Shown: one piece after another, positions 1-17,169 of the stretch | How the letters are laid out: every line of letters starts with the position of its first letter | Position numbering within the stretch: the stretch's first letter is position 1 | Position numbers and translations under genes: made by a program | Assembly: GCA_964016885.1 (NCBI GenBank) | Contig: OZ024751.1 | Coordinates: forward strand, 11,594,001 to 11,658,000 | Length of the DNA stretch: 64,000 bases | Reading direction: 5' to 3' | Source: Eledone cirrhosa | Taxonomy: Eukaryota | Notes under the pieces: model-generated | The model's database searches: none | Told to the model about the DNA's origin: nothing | Seen by the model: the letters and a program-made list of their open reading frames with translations, nothing else

Positions 1-537
1 CTGAGTGTATGTTTGTTCATCTGTGTGAATGTATGTCTTTAAATGTTTTCAAATATATATATATATACATACATTCATACATATATACATACATATATAC
101 AAACATGAATACATTCATACATACAAGCATACATGTGTGCACATTTACAGACATACGTATATATATATATATATGCATACATTCATGTACATATATTCAT
201 ACATAAGTACATATATACATACATGCATACATACATATATACATGCATACATACTTACATAGACACGTACATACATAAAAGCATACTTACATTCATACAT
301 ACATATATACAGAAATACGTACGTGCATATATATACACATAAACCTGTATATGAAACAGAATAAATATGATATACTTTTGAAAATCAGGAACGTAATTTG
401 GCACTGATGAGGTACAATTTATACAAAATTGAATATAAAAAGTGCTGAGAAGGCAGAGGTATGCTTTAAAAGGGGTGGGGATATAAAGGTGATACAAGTA
501 TATATGTATATATGTATATATATATATACAAATATAA

Positions 538-624
<87 letters not shown>

Positions 625-817
625 TTTATATATATATGTATGTGTATATATATGTATATATATATACATATATATATGTATATATATGTATATATATATG
701 TATATATATATATGTATGTATATATTTATAAACACACACATATGTATATATATCTTTATATATGCATGTATGTATACAAATATACACAGACATATATACA
801 TATATACATATATACAT

Positions 818-990
<173 letters not shown>

Positions 991-991
991 G

Positions 992-1024
<33 letters not shown>

Positions 1025-1249
1025 GTATATATACATAAGCATTCATAATAGAAATTAGAGGTAAAATAAAAAAAGAAGAAAAATATCATATGAGGCGTAT
1101 AATAAAATAATTTTTGTGAAAAAGGAAGCAATTATTTTAGAAAGGAAAAAGGCGGGTGAAATAAATTATTTTATTCTGTTATAATAAATGTGCCTGCTTT
1201 TAGTGAACACATATATACTCGCATGTACACACATATTTATGGGCATATA

Positions 1250-1337
<88 letters not shown>

Positions 1338-1346
1338 GGGGAGAGC

Positions 1347-1386
<40 letters not shown>

Positions 1387-1791
1387 AAGAGAGTACGATA
1401 TATATATATATATACAAATTGCATACAAACAAGCAACCATACATACATTCATAGCGACGACTATACATTCATACATTCATACATACATTCATGCATTCAT
1501 ACATACATACATACATTAATACATTCATATATACATACATACATTAATACATTCATACATACATACATACATTAATGCATTCATACATACATACATTCAT
1601 ACATACATACATACATTCATACATACATAAATACATCCACACACTTTTGCTAGTTCAAGTTTTAAATACGTAAAGTCATTAGTTTTAAGACTTCATAAAT
1701 GCGTAACTGCAATATGTCACTCAAATGCGTAACTGCTATATTGTAATACACACACATATTTATGTATATATACACAAACACACACACACAC

Positions 1792-1882
<91 letters not shown>

Positions 1883-1947
1883 ACTATGTATCTTTCAAAC
1901 TATCTTTTACCTACAACTCTGTCTCCCCTCATAACTTTACCTCGATC

Positions 1948-2030
<83 letters not shown>

Positions 2031-2532
2031 TGTATGTGTATATATATATTATCGCCTACATTTCCACATGCACATTTGCATATACCTGCGTAATATGACA
2101 AATTTGTTTCCCTCAATTAAATTTGCGTACATACATACATATGTATCTGTGTGTGTACGTGATTGTGTTTGTCTGTAACTGTGGTTGATGTGTGCACATA
2201 ATATACATATTATATTGACAAATAACATGAACATACAGCACAGAATATATCTTTGTTATTTCTGTTCAATTCTACTCATAAAACACACGAATCTAAAGTT
2301 TTTATATATATATAAGTATAGATGTCACACCGTGGATATACCACTAGCTGAGGTGTTGTCCTCCATTGAAATTGATTTTCATATTATACTGACAAGTATA
2401 TGAACAAATTACAGAAGCTTAATATTTAGAAATATTCCTGTGTATACAGAATCAGAGATGAATTCATCTTCTGTTGACAAAGACAACCTAGTTTGAAATG
2501 AATAAAGATAGTCAATAACGAATTTGTATGTA

Positions 2533-2896
2533 CAAGGTTCGGCTGAAAAGTTCATAGTCTAAAAAGTTCATAGACTGACCAAGGCACTCTCATGGAATGA
2601 CCAAAAGAGGTTTATTTTTCAACATAGTTCCTTGAAAGTAACAATGATGTTATTAATAAGAAGAATTGAAATTAATGCATGCAAGATTTCACAGCATTTG
2701 CATCACTCATTCATAGGCTGACCAAGATACTCTCATGGAATAACCATGGAATATCCAAATGTGGTTTATTTTTCTACATAGACCCTAGAAAGGAACAATA
2801 AATAACAAGAGTTGAAATACATGTATATATGAAATATTTCACAGCTCTAGCATCATTCCTTCATATTCACTTTATGAAATTTTCAGTCTACCCTTG
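2533..2896. mobile_element. Mariner-type MITE with an internal ~140-bp duplication
   Basis: Imperfect TIRs caaggttcggctgaaaagttcata / tatgaaattttcagtctacccttg flanked by TA; internal block (ttcatagrctgaccaag..ctctcatggaat..ggtttatttt) occurs twice. Confidence 0.7.
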
Positions 2897-3919
2897 TACA
2901 GAGGAAATAAGTAAAATATGTTTGCACTCTACTCATTACAAAACTCTGTTGGTAATATTTAATTACTCTCGTTACCAAAACGTGTGCACGTCATACAAAT
3001 GTAACTGATATTATCATCATTCTGACTTCAGTCAGACATTCCTGACAAAGTTCCTCCAACATTCATGATATTCCATTGCTCCTGACAACTGTTCTCTACT
3101 GACGATTGTATTTTCTGAGAGTTGATCACTGAATGTTCGGGCAGGTCTTTCTCTACTGCGTCTGCTGTCACCTCGATTTCACAATAGCACCTTGTGCATA
3201 ACATCCTGTTGGGTTTTCCTGCAATGTCCTCAAAAACTTAACTGTCTTTGAGCAATTGTAGCAGCTATCTTGCGCAATTTTCTATATAGACTTTTATTTG
3301 CAATACTTTAACACCAGTTTATGCTTTGTACAGCCCAAAACTTTAAATGTTTGTTATATATTATATCTTACGAGGCATATGTATTTATGTTAAAGAGTTA
3401 TATTTCCTTGTATACAGAACCATAACAAGATTGGTCTACTGCAGACAATACTTTCCGAGATATATGAAGGCAATTAGTCAAGATCTAATGTTTTGTTGTA
3501 CAGCGATAGAAAAATGAATTCAAATTTAGGGACAAACCCACCAATTTGTGGAAAGGAGAATGTCGATTGTACCGACTCCAGCACTGTTCTCATATTTTAT
3601 CTACATCGAAACGATGAAAGGAAATGTCGACAACGCTGGATTTGAAACTGAAAACGTGAAAAACCAGAAGAATTACTGGGAAGCATTAGTCCGACATTTC
3701 ATCGACTCTGCCAATCTAACTTTTAGAGAAAATAGAACGGATTCCGAATTCACTATTTGTTGTTGTGGAGATAACTAAAGATTTAATTCCATGTTATGAA
3801 CATTCTGGTAATCTCTAGCATTTATATATTAATCCAGGAAATATTTCAGAGTTCATACAATTTAAACACTTAATCATGTTTTCCTCATGCAGCAACACTT
3901 AGACAAGAAATACGTATGT

Positions 3920-3982
<63 letters not shown>

Positions 3983-4008
3983 TGAGTAATGCACACACAC
4001 ACACACAC

Positions 4009-4075
<67 letters not shown>

Positions 4076-4304
4076 ACACAGTGTTCTTTTGTTATGTATA
4101 CCATCATATTAATAAACAAGGAGTCACAGACCGATACACATGTAGATACACATCCACATATATGTAAAGAGAGAGTGAGAGTAAACAGAGAGAGAGAGAG
4201 AGGGGGGGGGAGCGAGAGAGAGCGAGAGAGAGAGGAAGAGAGAAAGAATCTATATATGTATATACTTTCGTACATTTGTATATGTATGTATGCCAGAATA
4301 TATA

Positions 4305-4712
4305 TATGTGTGTGTTTATATGAATGTTTGTAAGTATGCGCGTGTGTCACTGCCTATATGTATGAGTATGTGAATGCTTGTAAGTATGCGTGTGTTGGTG
4401 TGTATATGTATGAGTATGTGAATGCTTGTAAGTATGTGCGTGTGTTGGTGTGTATATGTATGAGTATGTGAATGCCTGTAAGTATGTGCGTGTGTCAGTG
4501 TGTATATGTATGAGTATGTGAAATCTTGTAAGTATGTGCGTGTGTCAGTGTGTATATGTATGAGTATGTGAATGGCTGTAAGTATGTGCGTGTGTTGGTG
4601 TGTATATGTATGAGTATGTGAATGCTTGTAAGTATGTGCGTGTGTTGGTGTGTATATGTATGAGTATGTGAATGTTTGTAAGTATGTGAGTGTGTCAGTG
4701 TGTATATATATG
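4305..4712. repeat. 50-bp minisatellite, about 8 copies
   Basis: Unit tgtatatgtatgagtatgtgaatgcttgtaagtatgtgcgtgtgtyrgtg recurs at 4451, 4501, 4551, 4601, 4651. Confidence 0.9.
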
Positions 4713-5214
4713 CGTGTGTTTGACTGTGCGTCGAGAAGAGGCGCTGAGTGTATTACCCGTATGTAAATAAATTACATGCTAAATGACTAGTCACCTGAAA
4801 TACTAGTGAAAACTTTTGTCCGTGGAGTATTATAACGAGGCTATATTATCGTTGCCGAAAGCAATTATAGCTAGATGTTTCGTTAAAATTAAACAATACC
4901 ACATTGCTTAACTAACAATGAATGTCGGTACTTTTAACATGGGCTTATTAATATAATAACGCATCATTATTTCCACTAAAGCTATAGAAAATAGTGAAAT
5001 GAAAGAAAGAGTTTAACATATTCTATGGAATTCTTTGGAATATTATTACATCAACACGTCCCAGCATATCGAAAACATGCAGAACAACATTATATTGTTA
5101 TTGAACATTTCATTATTGCCATGAGAGAATTTGAACAAATATGCAGAGCAGTCTTAATGTAGTGTAAGAACAAGAGAGCGCTCCCTCATGTATGTATTTA
5201 CGTATGTGTGTGTG

Positions 5215-5246
<32 letters not shown>

Positions 5247-5302
5247 TGTATGTATGTATGTATGTATGTATGTATGTATGTATGTTAGTTATGCATGTAT
5301 GA

Positions 5303-5336
<34 letters not shown>

Positions 5337-5343
5337 TCTTATG

Positions 5344-5374
<31 letters not shown>

Positions 5375-5419
5375 TCAGACATATATTATATACATAGCTA
5401 AATTATGAATATATATATG

Positions 5420-5457
<38 letters not shown>

Positions 5458-5519
5458 AGTGTGCGTGTGTGTGTGTTTAATTTCAGACACATATTATATA
5501 CATAAATAGGGAAATTATT

Positions 5520-5550
<31 letters not shown>

Positions 5551-5701
5551 ATTTACCTATTTATGTATATAATATGTGTCTGAAATTAAACACACACACA
5601 CATATATATATATATATACATACATGCATACATAAATACATATATTCTTACATACATACATACATACTTAGATACAAACATTCATATATATATATATATA
5701 A

Positions 5702-5875
5702 GAAAATGTTTAATCCTGACGGCAGAGCTCAAGCCGTTTCGACGGCTATTTCTGGACTGAGTCCAGAAATAGCCGTCGAAACGGCTTGAGCTCTGCCGTC
5801 GGGATTAAACATTTTCCTATTACCCACTCTACCCTAAGTATTGAGTACTCTGGTGCAGTATGGTCCATCTTCATT
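5702..5875 (+). mobile_element. Family A palindromic element in (TA)n
   Basis: 56-bp arms 5702-5757 and 5761-5816 (1 mismatch), 3-nt loop, unpaired 3' tail shared with other family A copies, TA tracts on both sides. Confidence 0.85.
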
Positions 5876-5882
5876 ATATATA

Positions 5883-5920
<38 letters not shown>

Positions 5921-5981
5921 TATCTTAGATGTTAAACGATGATAATGATGGTGATGATATATAAATATATATTTACATATA

Positions 5982-6160
5982 TAATTGTTTCTACTTTTGG
6001 CACAAGGCCAGCAATCACCCAGTGCATTACTAGTACTTTATTTTATCGACCCCGAAAGGATGAAAGGCAAAGTCAACCTCGGCGGGATTTGAACTCAGAT
6101 CATAAAGGGACGTAACTATGCTGGAAAGCATGGCGTCCCACCCTCTACCGATACTGCCAA
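5982..6160 (-). mobile_element. tRNA-derived SINE, family 1
   Basis: Minus strand has A-box-like tggcagtatcggtaga, B-box gagttcaaatc and central gcctttcatcc..gggtcgataaaataaagtac. Confidence 0.85.
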
Positions 6161-6418
6161 TAGTCTCCTGTATGTTGTGAAGGTAGACTTTCTGTTTGAA
6201 ATTATATCACCCTTTCTGGAATATATTTTGCTTCATTTTATCTTTATATTTTTTTACTTTGTATTAGTGATGTAGTAGAGGAACATCAATGCAAATATGG
6301 AGGAATACCCTGTGTTGGGTAAACACAATGTTTTCGAATCTAACCAACATAAGGAGTAGCATAGACATAAATGTATATATATATAAATACACATAAACAT
6401 ATATAATATATGTAAACG

Positions 6419-6518
<100 letters not shown>

Positions 6519-6923
6519 TATATGTTTGTTTCGCCCGACATGCGTTCTATATTATTGTATTTGTATAATTCGTTTTGTATGTATGAGGAGTCTTAAACGA
6601 AAATAACATGTTGAAGCGAACCCACTGTAAATTATTCGCTACATAACATAAGCATATTTTTCTTCACTCCCCTCTCTCTCCCTAAGCCTGTATGTTGTAT
6701 ATGTTCACACACACTCACACACACATACACATACACACACACACAAATATATATATATATATACACTCTCACCCACATATATATACACACACACACATAT
6801 ATATATATATATATTTGTATATTTATATACATATATATATATAGTGATAGATAGATGGATGTGTATGAGTACGTGTTTTTTCCCTTCCTGATCACACGAA
6901 TTCTGACGATACGCATTTTCTTT

Positions 6924-6956
<33 letters not shown>

Positions 6957-7307
6957 GACACTATCAACATTGACATCATCAACACAATGTTGGTATTGTA
7001 GCAGTGTTATGTTATATATTTTAACTTCTAGAGTCTGGACGAGGAACAATAAACACAACACAAACACTTCAGTATATGGAATATTCATGAAAATGAAGAT
7101 ATGAGACACTTGCAAAAAAATCACATCTTCATATTCATATCGCAAACATTGTTTTCGACGTGAATAAATAGACCTATTTCTAATGATAACAATCATTGTT
7201 TTATTGGCCACAGGGGCTTATAAATTAGATGCCTAGCATGTCTTCAAAAAAGAAGTTATAAAATGTGTGGTCATATTTGTATGTATATAAAATATCCCAT
7301 ATATATA

Positions 7308-7680
<373 letters not shown>

Positions 7681-7794
7681 ATAAGTAATAATAATAAATT
7701 TGAAGACTAAAATCCAAAGAGGGCTCGATAAGGATAAATCTATATCAAATATATAAGAACCGTAGAGCAAATATTTATTAAAATAACAGATTAA

Positions 7795-7845
7795 AGTTTA
7801 AGCAAAGAATCGCTGCTTTCACCCTTAACGAGATCTTCTGAAACT
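7795..7845 (-). ncRNA. Hammerhead-like motif in the PLE 3' pLTR
   Basis: Minus strand AGTTT-CAGAAGA-tctcgttaagggt-GAAA-GCA gcgattctt TGC-TT-AAACT; core variant U4A; homologous copy at 30324-30373 has a perfect stem II TCCT/AGGA. Confidence 0.6.
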
Positions 7846-8159
7846 AACAAAGTCAATCTGTGAACGGAGAAGTGAATATTTCAAAAAATGGTGCAACCGG
7901 AGGAAGACAGGAAGGCGATACTTTGGTTCGTAGAAATGTTCCCTGGCAAAGAACGGGAAAAAACGAATATAATACGTCATTATTTGGAGCAGTGAAAAAC
8001 AATTACACGCAAAGACAAAACCACGTTTATGGTATAAAAGAAGTGGTAGACAAATATTTATTAGGTGGTTCATAGAGACGTTCTCTGGCAATGAATGGAA
8101 AACACGAAGATAATACGTCATATGTGGAGCGGGAGAACAATTGCACGGAAAGTCAAAAC

Positions 8160-9066
8160 CACGTAAAATGTATAAATAGAGTCGTCGAAATTAATCACCG
8201 ACTTACGGGCATTGAGGATGATATCAACTTCGAAATCCTTAACCACTGTGAGTGTTTTAGCGAAATTGATAGCTCTAAGAAGAAGTGGTAAAGTGATGGA
8301 GGAGTAGTAATTATTGATGTCGAATTGGATAAAACGGCAATGTTCTTTGTTGCCTATGCCGTTGAACCAATCAATCACCGCGAAAAAATTGTTCCACAGT
8401 GCAAAAGGGGCCAAACTTCTAATTTCAGGTATAATTCTATCAAGAATCCTTTTACTAAGTCTACCTAAATAGGACTTCGTAGGATTAATAATCCGAATAG
8501 AGGGGTTGTTCCCAAAATTGGATTTGTGATCATTCAGGGTAAAGTGGGGGAGAAATAGGGTCCAGAGGTTCATTCCGGTCCAGGATGTTGAGATCAGAGG
8601 TGATTTTAAACACAGCAACGTTGATTTCATTAATGACACTCCGATTAGTTTTACGGTAATCCTTAGTTACAGCATTATGTAGCAATTGATGGTAGGTACT
8701 GCGCTCCACTTGATATAGATTTCCAGTTTTGTCGGAATGGACGTGCACGGCATTAGAATCCTTAATAGAACGAATTCTATTCTTCAGGTCCTGCTGGAAG
8801 GAATTGCTCCTATTCCGAAATTTGATACTCCGTATGAGTTCCAAGACATCATTTTCGAAGGGTGGATTACTCGGAGGGTTATTATAGGTTTTAAAGCCAC
8901 CTTTATCCTGTTTGTTGTCTGCTTTTCCCTGATTATCGAAATAAAAGGCACGCCAACGCAACCTTTTAATGAACGCGTCTGTTTTCTGTATCAGGAGTTT
9001 TAGGTATGTTTTCCTGCTTGGTACGGGTATGCTCTTTGTAGAAATATTCAGATGTTGTTTCTGCAT
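8160..9066 (-). pseudogene. PLE reverse transcriptase, N-terminal half, frameshifted and truncated
   Basis: Motifs KSIPVPSRKTYLKLLIQKTDAFIKRLRWRAFYF, SDKTGNLY, HKSNFGNNPSIRIINPTKS, FIQFDINNYYSSI across ORFs 8530-9066 and 8118-8639; no YxDD or GIY-YIG region visible. Confidence 0.85.
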
Positions 9067-9233
9067 GATGGATATAAGTCAATAGAGTGCTTAACCGAGG
9101 GAGCCAAATAGTAATAATAATAAATTTGAAGACTAAAATCCAAAGAGGGCTCGATAAGGATAAATATATATTAAATATATAAGAACCGTAGAGCAAATAT
9201 TTATTAAAATAACAGAATCTGTTATTTTAATAA

Positions 9234-9267
<34 letters not shown>

Positions 9268-9276
9268 ATGTATATG

Positions 9277-9309
<33 letters not shown>

Positions 9310-9742
9310 ATGTGTGTATACACATATATATATACACCAATAAAGTTTGCCTTTATTATTTGGAGCGAGAGACTCCTAGTCTTCATTAAGACATCTCTCT
9401 AGGAGACGGTCACTCTGATATTAAACCTATGCCTTCGTTTGTATCCAATGATGTAGACCAGTTCTTCTTTTTTGTTTTGGGCATGTATTCGATGACATAC
9501 ATGTGCAGTAATATGTTAATATAATGTATTAAGATTGGTTAAACATTTGCTACATCAAACAAATACGTTAACTACATCAAACAGATACAAATAAAAGCTA
9601 TCCCCATTCATATGACCGAGAAATCATCGACTAGGCTAGATCATGGTTCCCTACCACTCTAACTACCTCCACTCTGATCGTAATCTGCGCACTGATTGAA
9701 CCAAAATCGCTTGCGAATGTTATTAACATGAGCGTTATTAAT

Positions 9743-9932
9743 TGGCGGTAGATTGGCAGTATCGGTAGAGGGTCGGACGCCATGCTTTCCCGCATAGTTA
9801 CGTCCCTTTACGATCTGAGTTCAAATCACGCCGAGGTTAACTTTGCCTTTCATCCCTACGGGATCGATAAAATAAAGTACTAGTAATGTACTGGGTAATT
9901 GCTGGCCTTGTGCCTAATATAGAAACAGTTAT
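9743..9932 (+). mobile_element. tRNA-derived SINE, family 1
   Basis: Full-length copy with A/B boxes, central domain and ttatta tail; flanked by repeated ttattaacatgagc. Confidence 0.9.
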
Positions 9933-10029
9933 TAACATGAGCAGAGTCACGGAGACTCCAATAGAGAATATCTCGATTATCATTTATCTCTAGTAGATAT
10001 ACGCTTCATTTGTTCTTAACTAGTACAAT

Positions 10030-10240
10030 CAGCATTAGACAGTATCGGTAGAGCGTCGGATACCCTGCAACGGGGCATAGAGCTAATGCCCTTTATCATC
10101 TGAGTTCAAATCGGGCCGAGGTTAACTTCGCCTTTCATCCATACGGGGTTGATAAAATGAAGTAGCAGTCACACACTGGATTAAAATTAATTTTTCCTCT
10201 CCCACAACATTGTTCGTCTTGTGCCCAAATCAGAAATCAT
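10030..10240 (+). mobile_element. tRNA-derived SINE, family 1 (diverged)
   Basis: cagtatcggtagagcgtcgga...ctgagttcaaatc...gcctttcatcc...gataaaatgaagtag. Confidence 0.8.
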
Positions 10241-11361
10241 TAGATTAAGTAGGCAAGTGTTTTCCATTTTGAAGATAATAACGTTAAGTCTTCGTCTTAT
10301 GAATGATCACTTATCCTTACCCATCAGATGCGCACTTATCATCTATTCATATTGCACAACAAAATTAGCAATCATCCAAGGATCAATATTAATACTAATG
10401 TCCCAGATTTTCATCCTTGTGTTGCACACATCAATGTACCAGCCTATGTGCCATATTATAACTTTCTATATCTGCTTACAGTGTTACCGTGACATTGGTA
10501 AAAAAAGCGGCAGAGGTTACTGTAAGCTCTGATACCGACTATGAACAAGATACTAGTCCACATATCATCATCTCCATTTTTAATATGTCCTTCAATAGCA
10601 TACAAAACACAGGCGATATCATCGTGAGGCAGATGTATCTCAAGTTTCACATTGCGCTTATTTGAGCTAATTGCTCAGACAAGGAGACTGATCCCATCCT
10701 ATGAGATGTCTGTCGCACATATCTATCTCACAAGACTATGTCTCTATCTAGAATATTTTATTAAACGAGATGCAAAGTAGTATGTAGATTTTTGCTGCTG
10801 AAGCTGTAACTATTTGCCAATTTAGAAAAATTCCACCCATTCTAATCATATTCGTACACAAAGTAAATTTAGTATCGACACTTTGTCTATTTTGTCTATT
10901 TCCCTATTTACATGAGGTGTTTGTGACAGTTCTATGCACATCTAACAAGGCTTTTATTCGAAGTGTTTCTCACAATCATATTGTTTTCAAAGTCAAATGA
11001 GGAAAATCTATGCTTTTTGTTACGGTTATTTACCAAAGAGAATTCATCAACACGAGGCTATGGTTTTATTAAAACACGCGAAGAATTTAACACAGAAGAG
11101 TGAAACAATTTGGAAATATTAAAAAAGCCTAATCGAACATTTAGAGCGTCCATCAATATGTCTTCTCATGAGGTAATACAACAAATTCAAATATCAGATT
11201 TCACATTACTTGTTGAAGTCGTGAGAGGTGGAATCACCGAAACACAGCCAACACACTATAATTGATAAATAGATTTCTATTTCAAGTAGAGCGTTCATAG
11301 CTTTGTAAAATACTTTCTATTTACGTTCAATGAAATATCCAATTAATATTAATATATATAT

Positions 11362-12493
<1,132 letters not shown>

Positions 12494-12496
12494 TAT

Positions 12497-12692
12497 ATAG
12501 GAACCAGTAAGACCCCGACAGCTGAGCTCAAGCCGTTTCGACGGCTAATTCTAGAATGAGAATTAGCCGTCGAAACGGCTTGAGCTCAGCTGTCGGGGTC
12601 TTACTGGTTCCTATTACCCACTCTACTACCTCAAGTATTGAGTAATTTGGTACGTTATGGTCCACCTGGTTCCTTACCACATTTCCTTCGTT
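12497..12692 (+). mobile_element. Family A palindromic element in (TA)n
   Basis: 56-bp arms 12497-12552 and 12559-12614, 6-nt loop, 3' tail ending catttccttcgtta. Confidence 0.9.
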
Positions 12693-12747
12693 ATATATAT
12701 ATATATATATATATATTTTATATATATATATATATATAAATGTATAT

Positions 12748-13020
12748 CTATCTATCTAAGGCGGGTAAAATTCCCGAGATCCATGGACGAGTTCTCTCCA
12801 GCGGTCTCTGTCCCTCATTATCGCTGCCATGTCCTGCGTCTCCAACAGACCAGTGTCTGTCCTTAGGGCATCAACATACGTTAACCTTGGTCTTCCTTTT
12901 CTAGTGCGTCCATGTAGGGGCTCCCAAAGGAGCACTGAGTGCAATGCCAACTCTGGATGTCGGTGAGCATGTCCAGCTAACCTCAGTCTCCTCTGTGTCA
13001 CTTTTGAGCTGACTTTTCGG
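12748..13020 (-). mobile_element. RTE-clade LINE 3' fragment
   Basis: RRLRLAGHAHRHPE..VLLWEPLHG..GRPRLTYVD..DRDRWR C-terminus; (taga)n tail; 14-bp TSD atataaatgtatat at 12734-12747 and 13021-13034. Confidence 0.9.
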
Positions 13021-13606
13021 ATATAAATGTATATATGTATGTATATATATATAAATACTTATATATAAATATATATATATACATATATATGCATATATAT
13101 ATGCATACATATATATATATGTGTATGTGTGTGTCTGTGTGTATATGTGTGTGTGTATATGTATGTATGTGTGTGTAGATTTGCGTATGTGATTGTATGT
13201 GCAATTGTGCGCCAGTGTGTTATAGCGCAAGTATAAGTGATCTGATGATATCCTTTACAAATTCTCATATTTACAAACATGTAAATAAATAGATAGGCTG
13301 ATAATGCAACGTAAAATTTCAGTGTGTATTTTCAATATTTCTTTCTGCATAAATATATATTGAATAAAAGAAAATCAGATTAGGTAAACAGATAATTCAA
13401 CATTAACATGATATTATCAACAATGTTGTTGGTTTATACTCATGCTGATAATTAGATATGATGACTAATATTTGACTAGTTATATATCTGGACAACTATC
13501 TTTTCATATAGATCATTATACAAAGGAATGTGAAGATTTCTCTTCCGTGTTTATATCTTTTCGATCGTACGCAATCCAAAATATACCGGCACATATACAT
13601 ACTTAT

Positions 13607-13667
<61 letters not shown>

Positions 13668-13773
13668 TATATATATATATATAGAGAGAGCGAGAGAGAG
13701 AGATGTGTGTGTATATATATATGTAGGTATATATATATATGCATGTATATATATATATGTTTATATTTATATA

Positions 13774-13815
<42 letters not shown>

Positions 13816-13876
13816 TAACATACATATATATGTGTATATCATATATATATATATATGCATATAGATATAAACATAT

Positions 13877-14057
<181 letters not shown>

Positions 14058-14391
14058 ATATATGTGTGTGCATATGTTTATATCTATATGCATATATATG
14101 ATATACACATATATATATATATATGAAAGTACAGATATATTCATATAAATCCTCGTACACTTTTCTTTCCAGGAATATAAGTCTTAAAAACATAATGATA
14201 CAAGCTTTAAAGGCGGGAGATTGAACGGTGATACTATAAATTAGGGATAGATTCTAAATACAATGTATATATATTTTTACCATATATATGTATATATATA
14301 CATATGTATGTATGTAAATATGTATGTATGCATGTATTTATGTATGTATGTATCTATCCATCTACCCATCTCTCTCTCTATACACACACAT

Positions 14392-14428
<37 letters not shown>

Positions 14429-14502
14429 AATATGTGTGTATGTGTGAGGTTATATATATAAATGTATTCATGCATATATTTGTATATGAATATATATATA
14501 TA

Positions 14503-14608
<106 letters not shown>

Positions 14609-14995
14609 AAACATATGTATATATATATTGATATATATATATATCAATTCATATATATATATATCAATAAGTCGGCATACATACCTATAAACGTATGCAT
14701 ATTTGAGTGTAAATATATATGGATGAGTGGATACATGTCCGTTATTTTTCTAATGTGTGTGGTGATATAATATATAAAATTGTCAGTTATAAGGGATAAA
14801 GAATTTTTTTTTTAAATAATCAATTCTATATCTCATCTCTAAATATATATGTATGCAAATAGCACAATCTATCTGAACCTAGCATACACCAACGCACATA
14901 CATTAGCAAACGCGTACAGACACACATATACGTGCCTATGAGTCTGCATATATTTATATATATATATATATATATATATGTACATTTATATATAA

Positions 14996-15099
<104 letters not shown>

Positions 15100-15241
15100 A
15101 AATATATATATATATATATATTTATATATACAGGCATGATGAATATAAATATATATACATATATATACATACACATACATACACACACTCACACACATAT
15201 ATACATATATATATATATATATGTGTGTGTGTGTATGTATG

Positions 15242-15307
<66 letters not shown>

Positions 15308-15788
15308 TATATTTCTATATACAAGTATATGTGAAAATATCTCATATATACATATATACTTAGAAGTATTTATGAAGAGATTAGATGTACAAACCAACAA
15401 ACCATTATTGAAATCTAATCTGGTGAGAGAAAATAACTGAATACTTACTTACGTACTATCCTTGTTATCATATAATCATACACTCCACCCTATCCTATTG
15501 TTATCACCCCCCCCCCCCCACACACACACGCCTCCTTGCAACAATATCCTCTCTCACGTATTTGCATCACTTCGACACAATGGGATACGTTATTTTTCCC
15601 CCTTTCTTTCATCTTCTTTCACTATTATCTTCATCTGCATAATTATTATTATTGTTGTTGTCGTTGTTGTTGTTGGTTGTGATGGTGGTGTAATATTGTT
15701 GTTATTGTTGATGTTGTGCTTGTGTTGTCTGTGAATGTTTTCCTATATATCTATAAACACATGTTGAATTTATTCACACAATCTTATA

Positions 15789-15821
<33 letters not shown>

Positions 15822-16125
15822 TGTATGTATGTATGTATGTATGTATGTATGTATGTATGATTGTATGTATGATTGTATGATTGTATGATTGTATGCATGT
15901 ATGTATGTATGTATGTATGTATGTATGTACTGCATGTATGTATGCATGTATGTATGAATATATATATATATATATGTTTATATATATTTGTTTTTATATA
16001 TATGTTTATATATATTTGTTTTTATATATATGTTTATATGTGAATATATGTATATGTTTATATACTTACGTATGTATGAACGTTTGTATGTATGTAAGAA
16101 TGTATGTATGTACATACATACGTAC

Positions 16126-16156
<31 letters not shown>

Positions 16157-16461
16157 TGTATGTATGTATGTATGTATGTATGTATGTATGCATGTACGTA
16201 TGTATGAAGGTTTGTAAGTAAGTATGAAGTTATATATGTATGTACGTATATAATAGTCTGGTGAGTGTATCCCAATTCATACATAGTAGATCATGATGCG
16301 AGAATATAAATCTAAACAAACATATATACAAAAACTCAAACATGGTCGCGGAAATAATTTCCTTGTTGATGATATTTAAAAAAATATTTGCTATCATACT
16401 TGTGTCCTTAAACATTCTTATGATTCTGATGCTCAATATATCTAAACACACACAGACGCAC

Positions 16462-16545
<84 letters not shown>

Positions 16546-16913
16546 CATATATATGTATATATATACATGTGTTTGTGTATGTATCTGTGTCTGTGTTTGG
16601 TTTTATTGAGAAAAAGACATGAGAACAAGCGGCATTAGATAGTATGTACTGATAAGTATATATCTCAGTATTTGATATCTCATCAGATCTCAAATATTTG
16701 CTGTTTATGTAGAGAATCTTCTCCAAACTACATTTCTGACTGTTGTTTCAAGTGTAAAATCAATTTTTATTGAGATATATTTATTTGTTTCTTGTATTTA
16801 GAATAGTCTTGAAGTTATTAATATTGACGTTAATGTCATGAAGTGGTGACTGTTGTGGTATAAATGTTTAAACTCATACATACATATATGTAGACATTCA
16901 TACATGCTTACAT

Positions 16914-17000
<87 letters not shown>

Positions 17001-17085
17001 CGTGTGTATATAGATATATATATATATGTATGCATATAATATATATATATATTTATATATATATAGAGGGAGAGATACTTACGTA

Positions 17086-17169
<84 letters not shown>

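Noticed and set aside
3010-3330. Possible very old LINE fragment on the minus strand
   Set aside because: Too degenerate to assign by eye
4305-4712. Regularly spaced repeats resembling a CRISPR array
   Set aside because: Contiguous 50-bp units without unique spacers, no cas genes, eukaryotic context
5702-5816. Hairpins as miRNA precursors or rho-independent terminators
   Set aside because: Near-perfect dispersed palindromes with element tails and TA flanks fit mobile-element origin; no expression data, and terminators do not apply here
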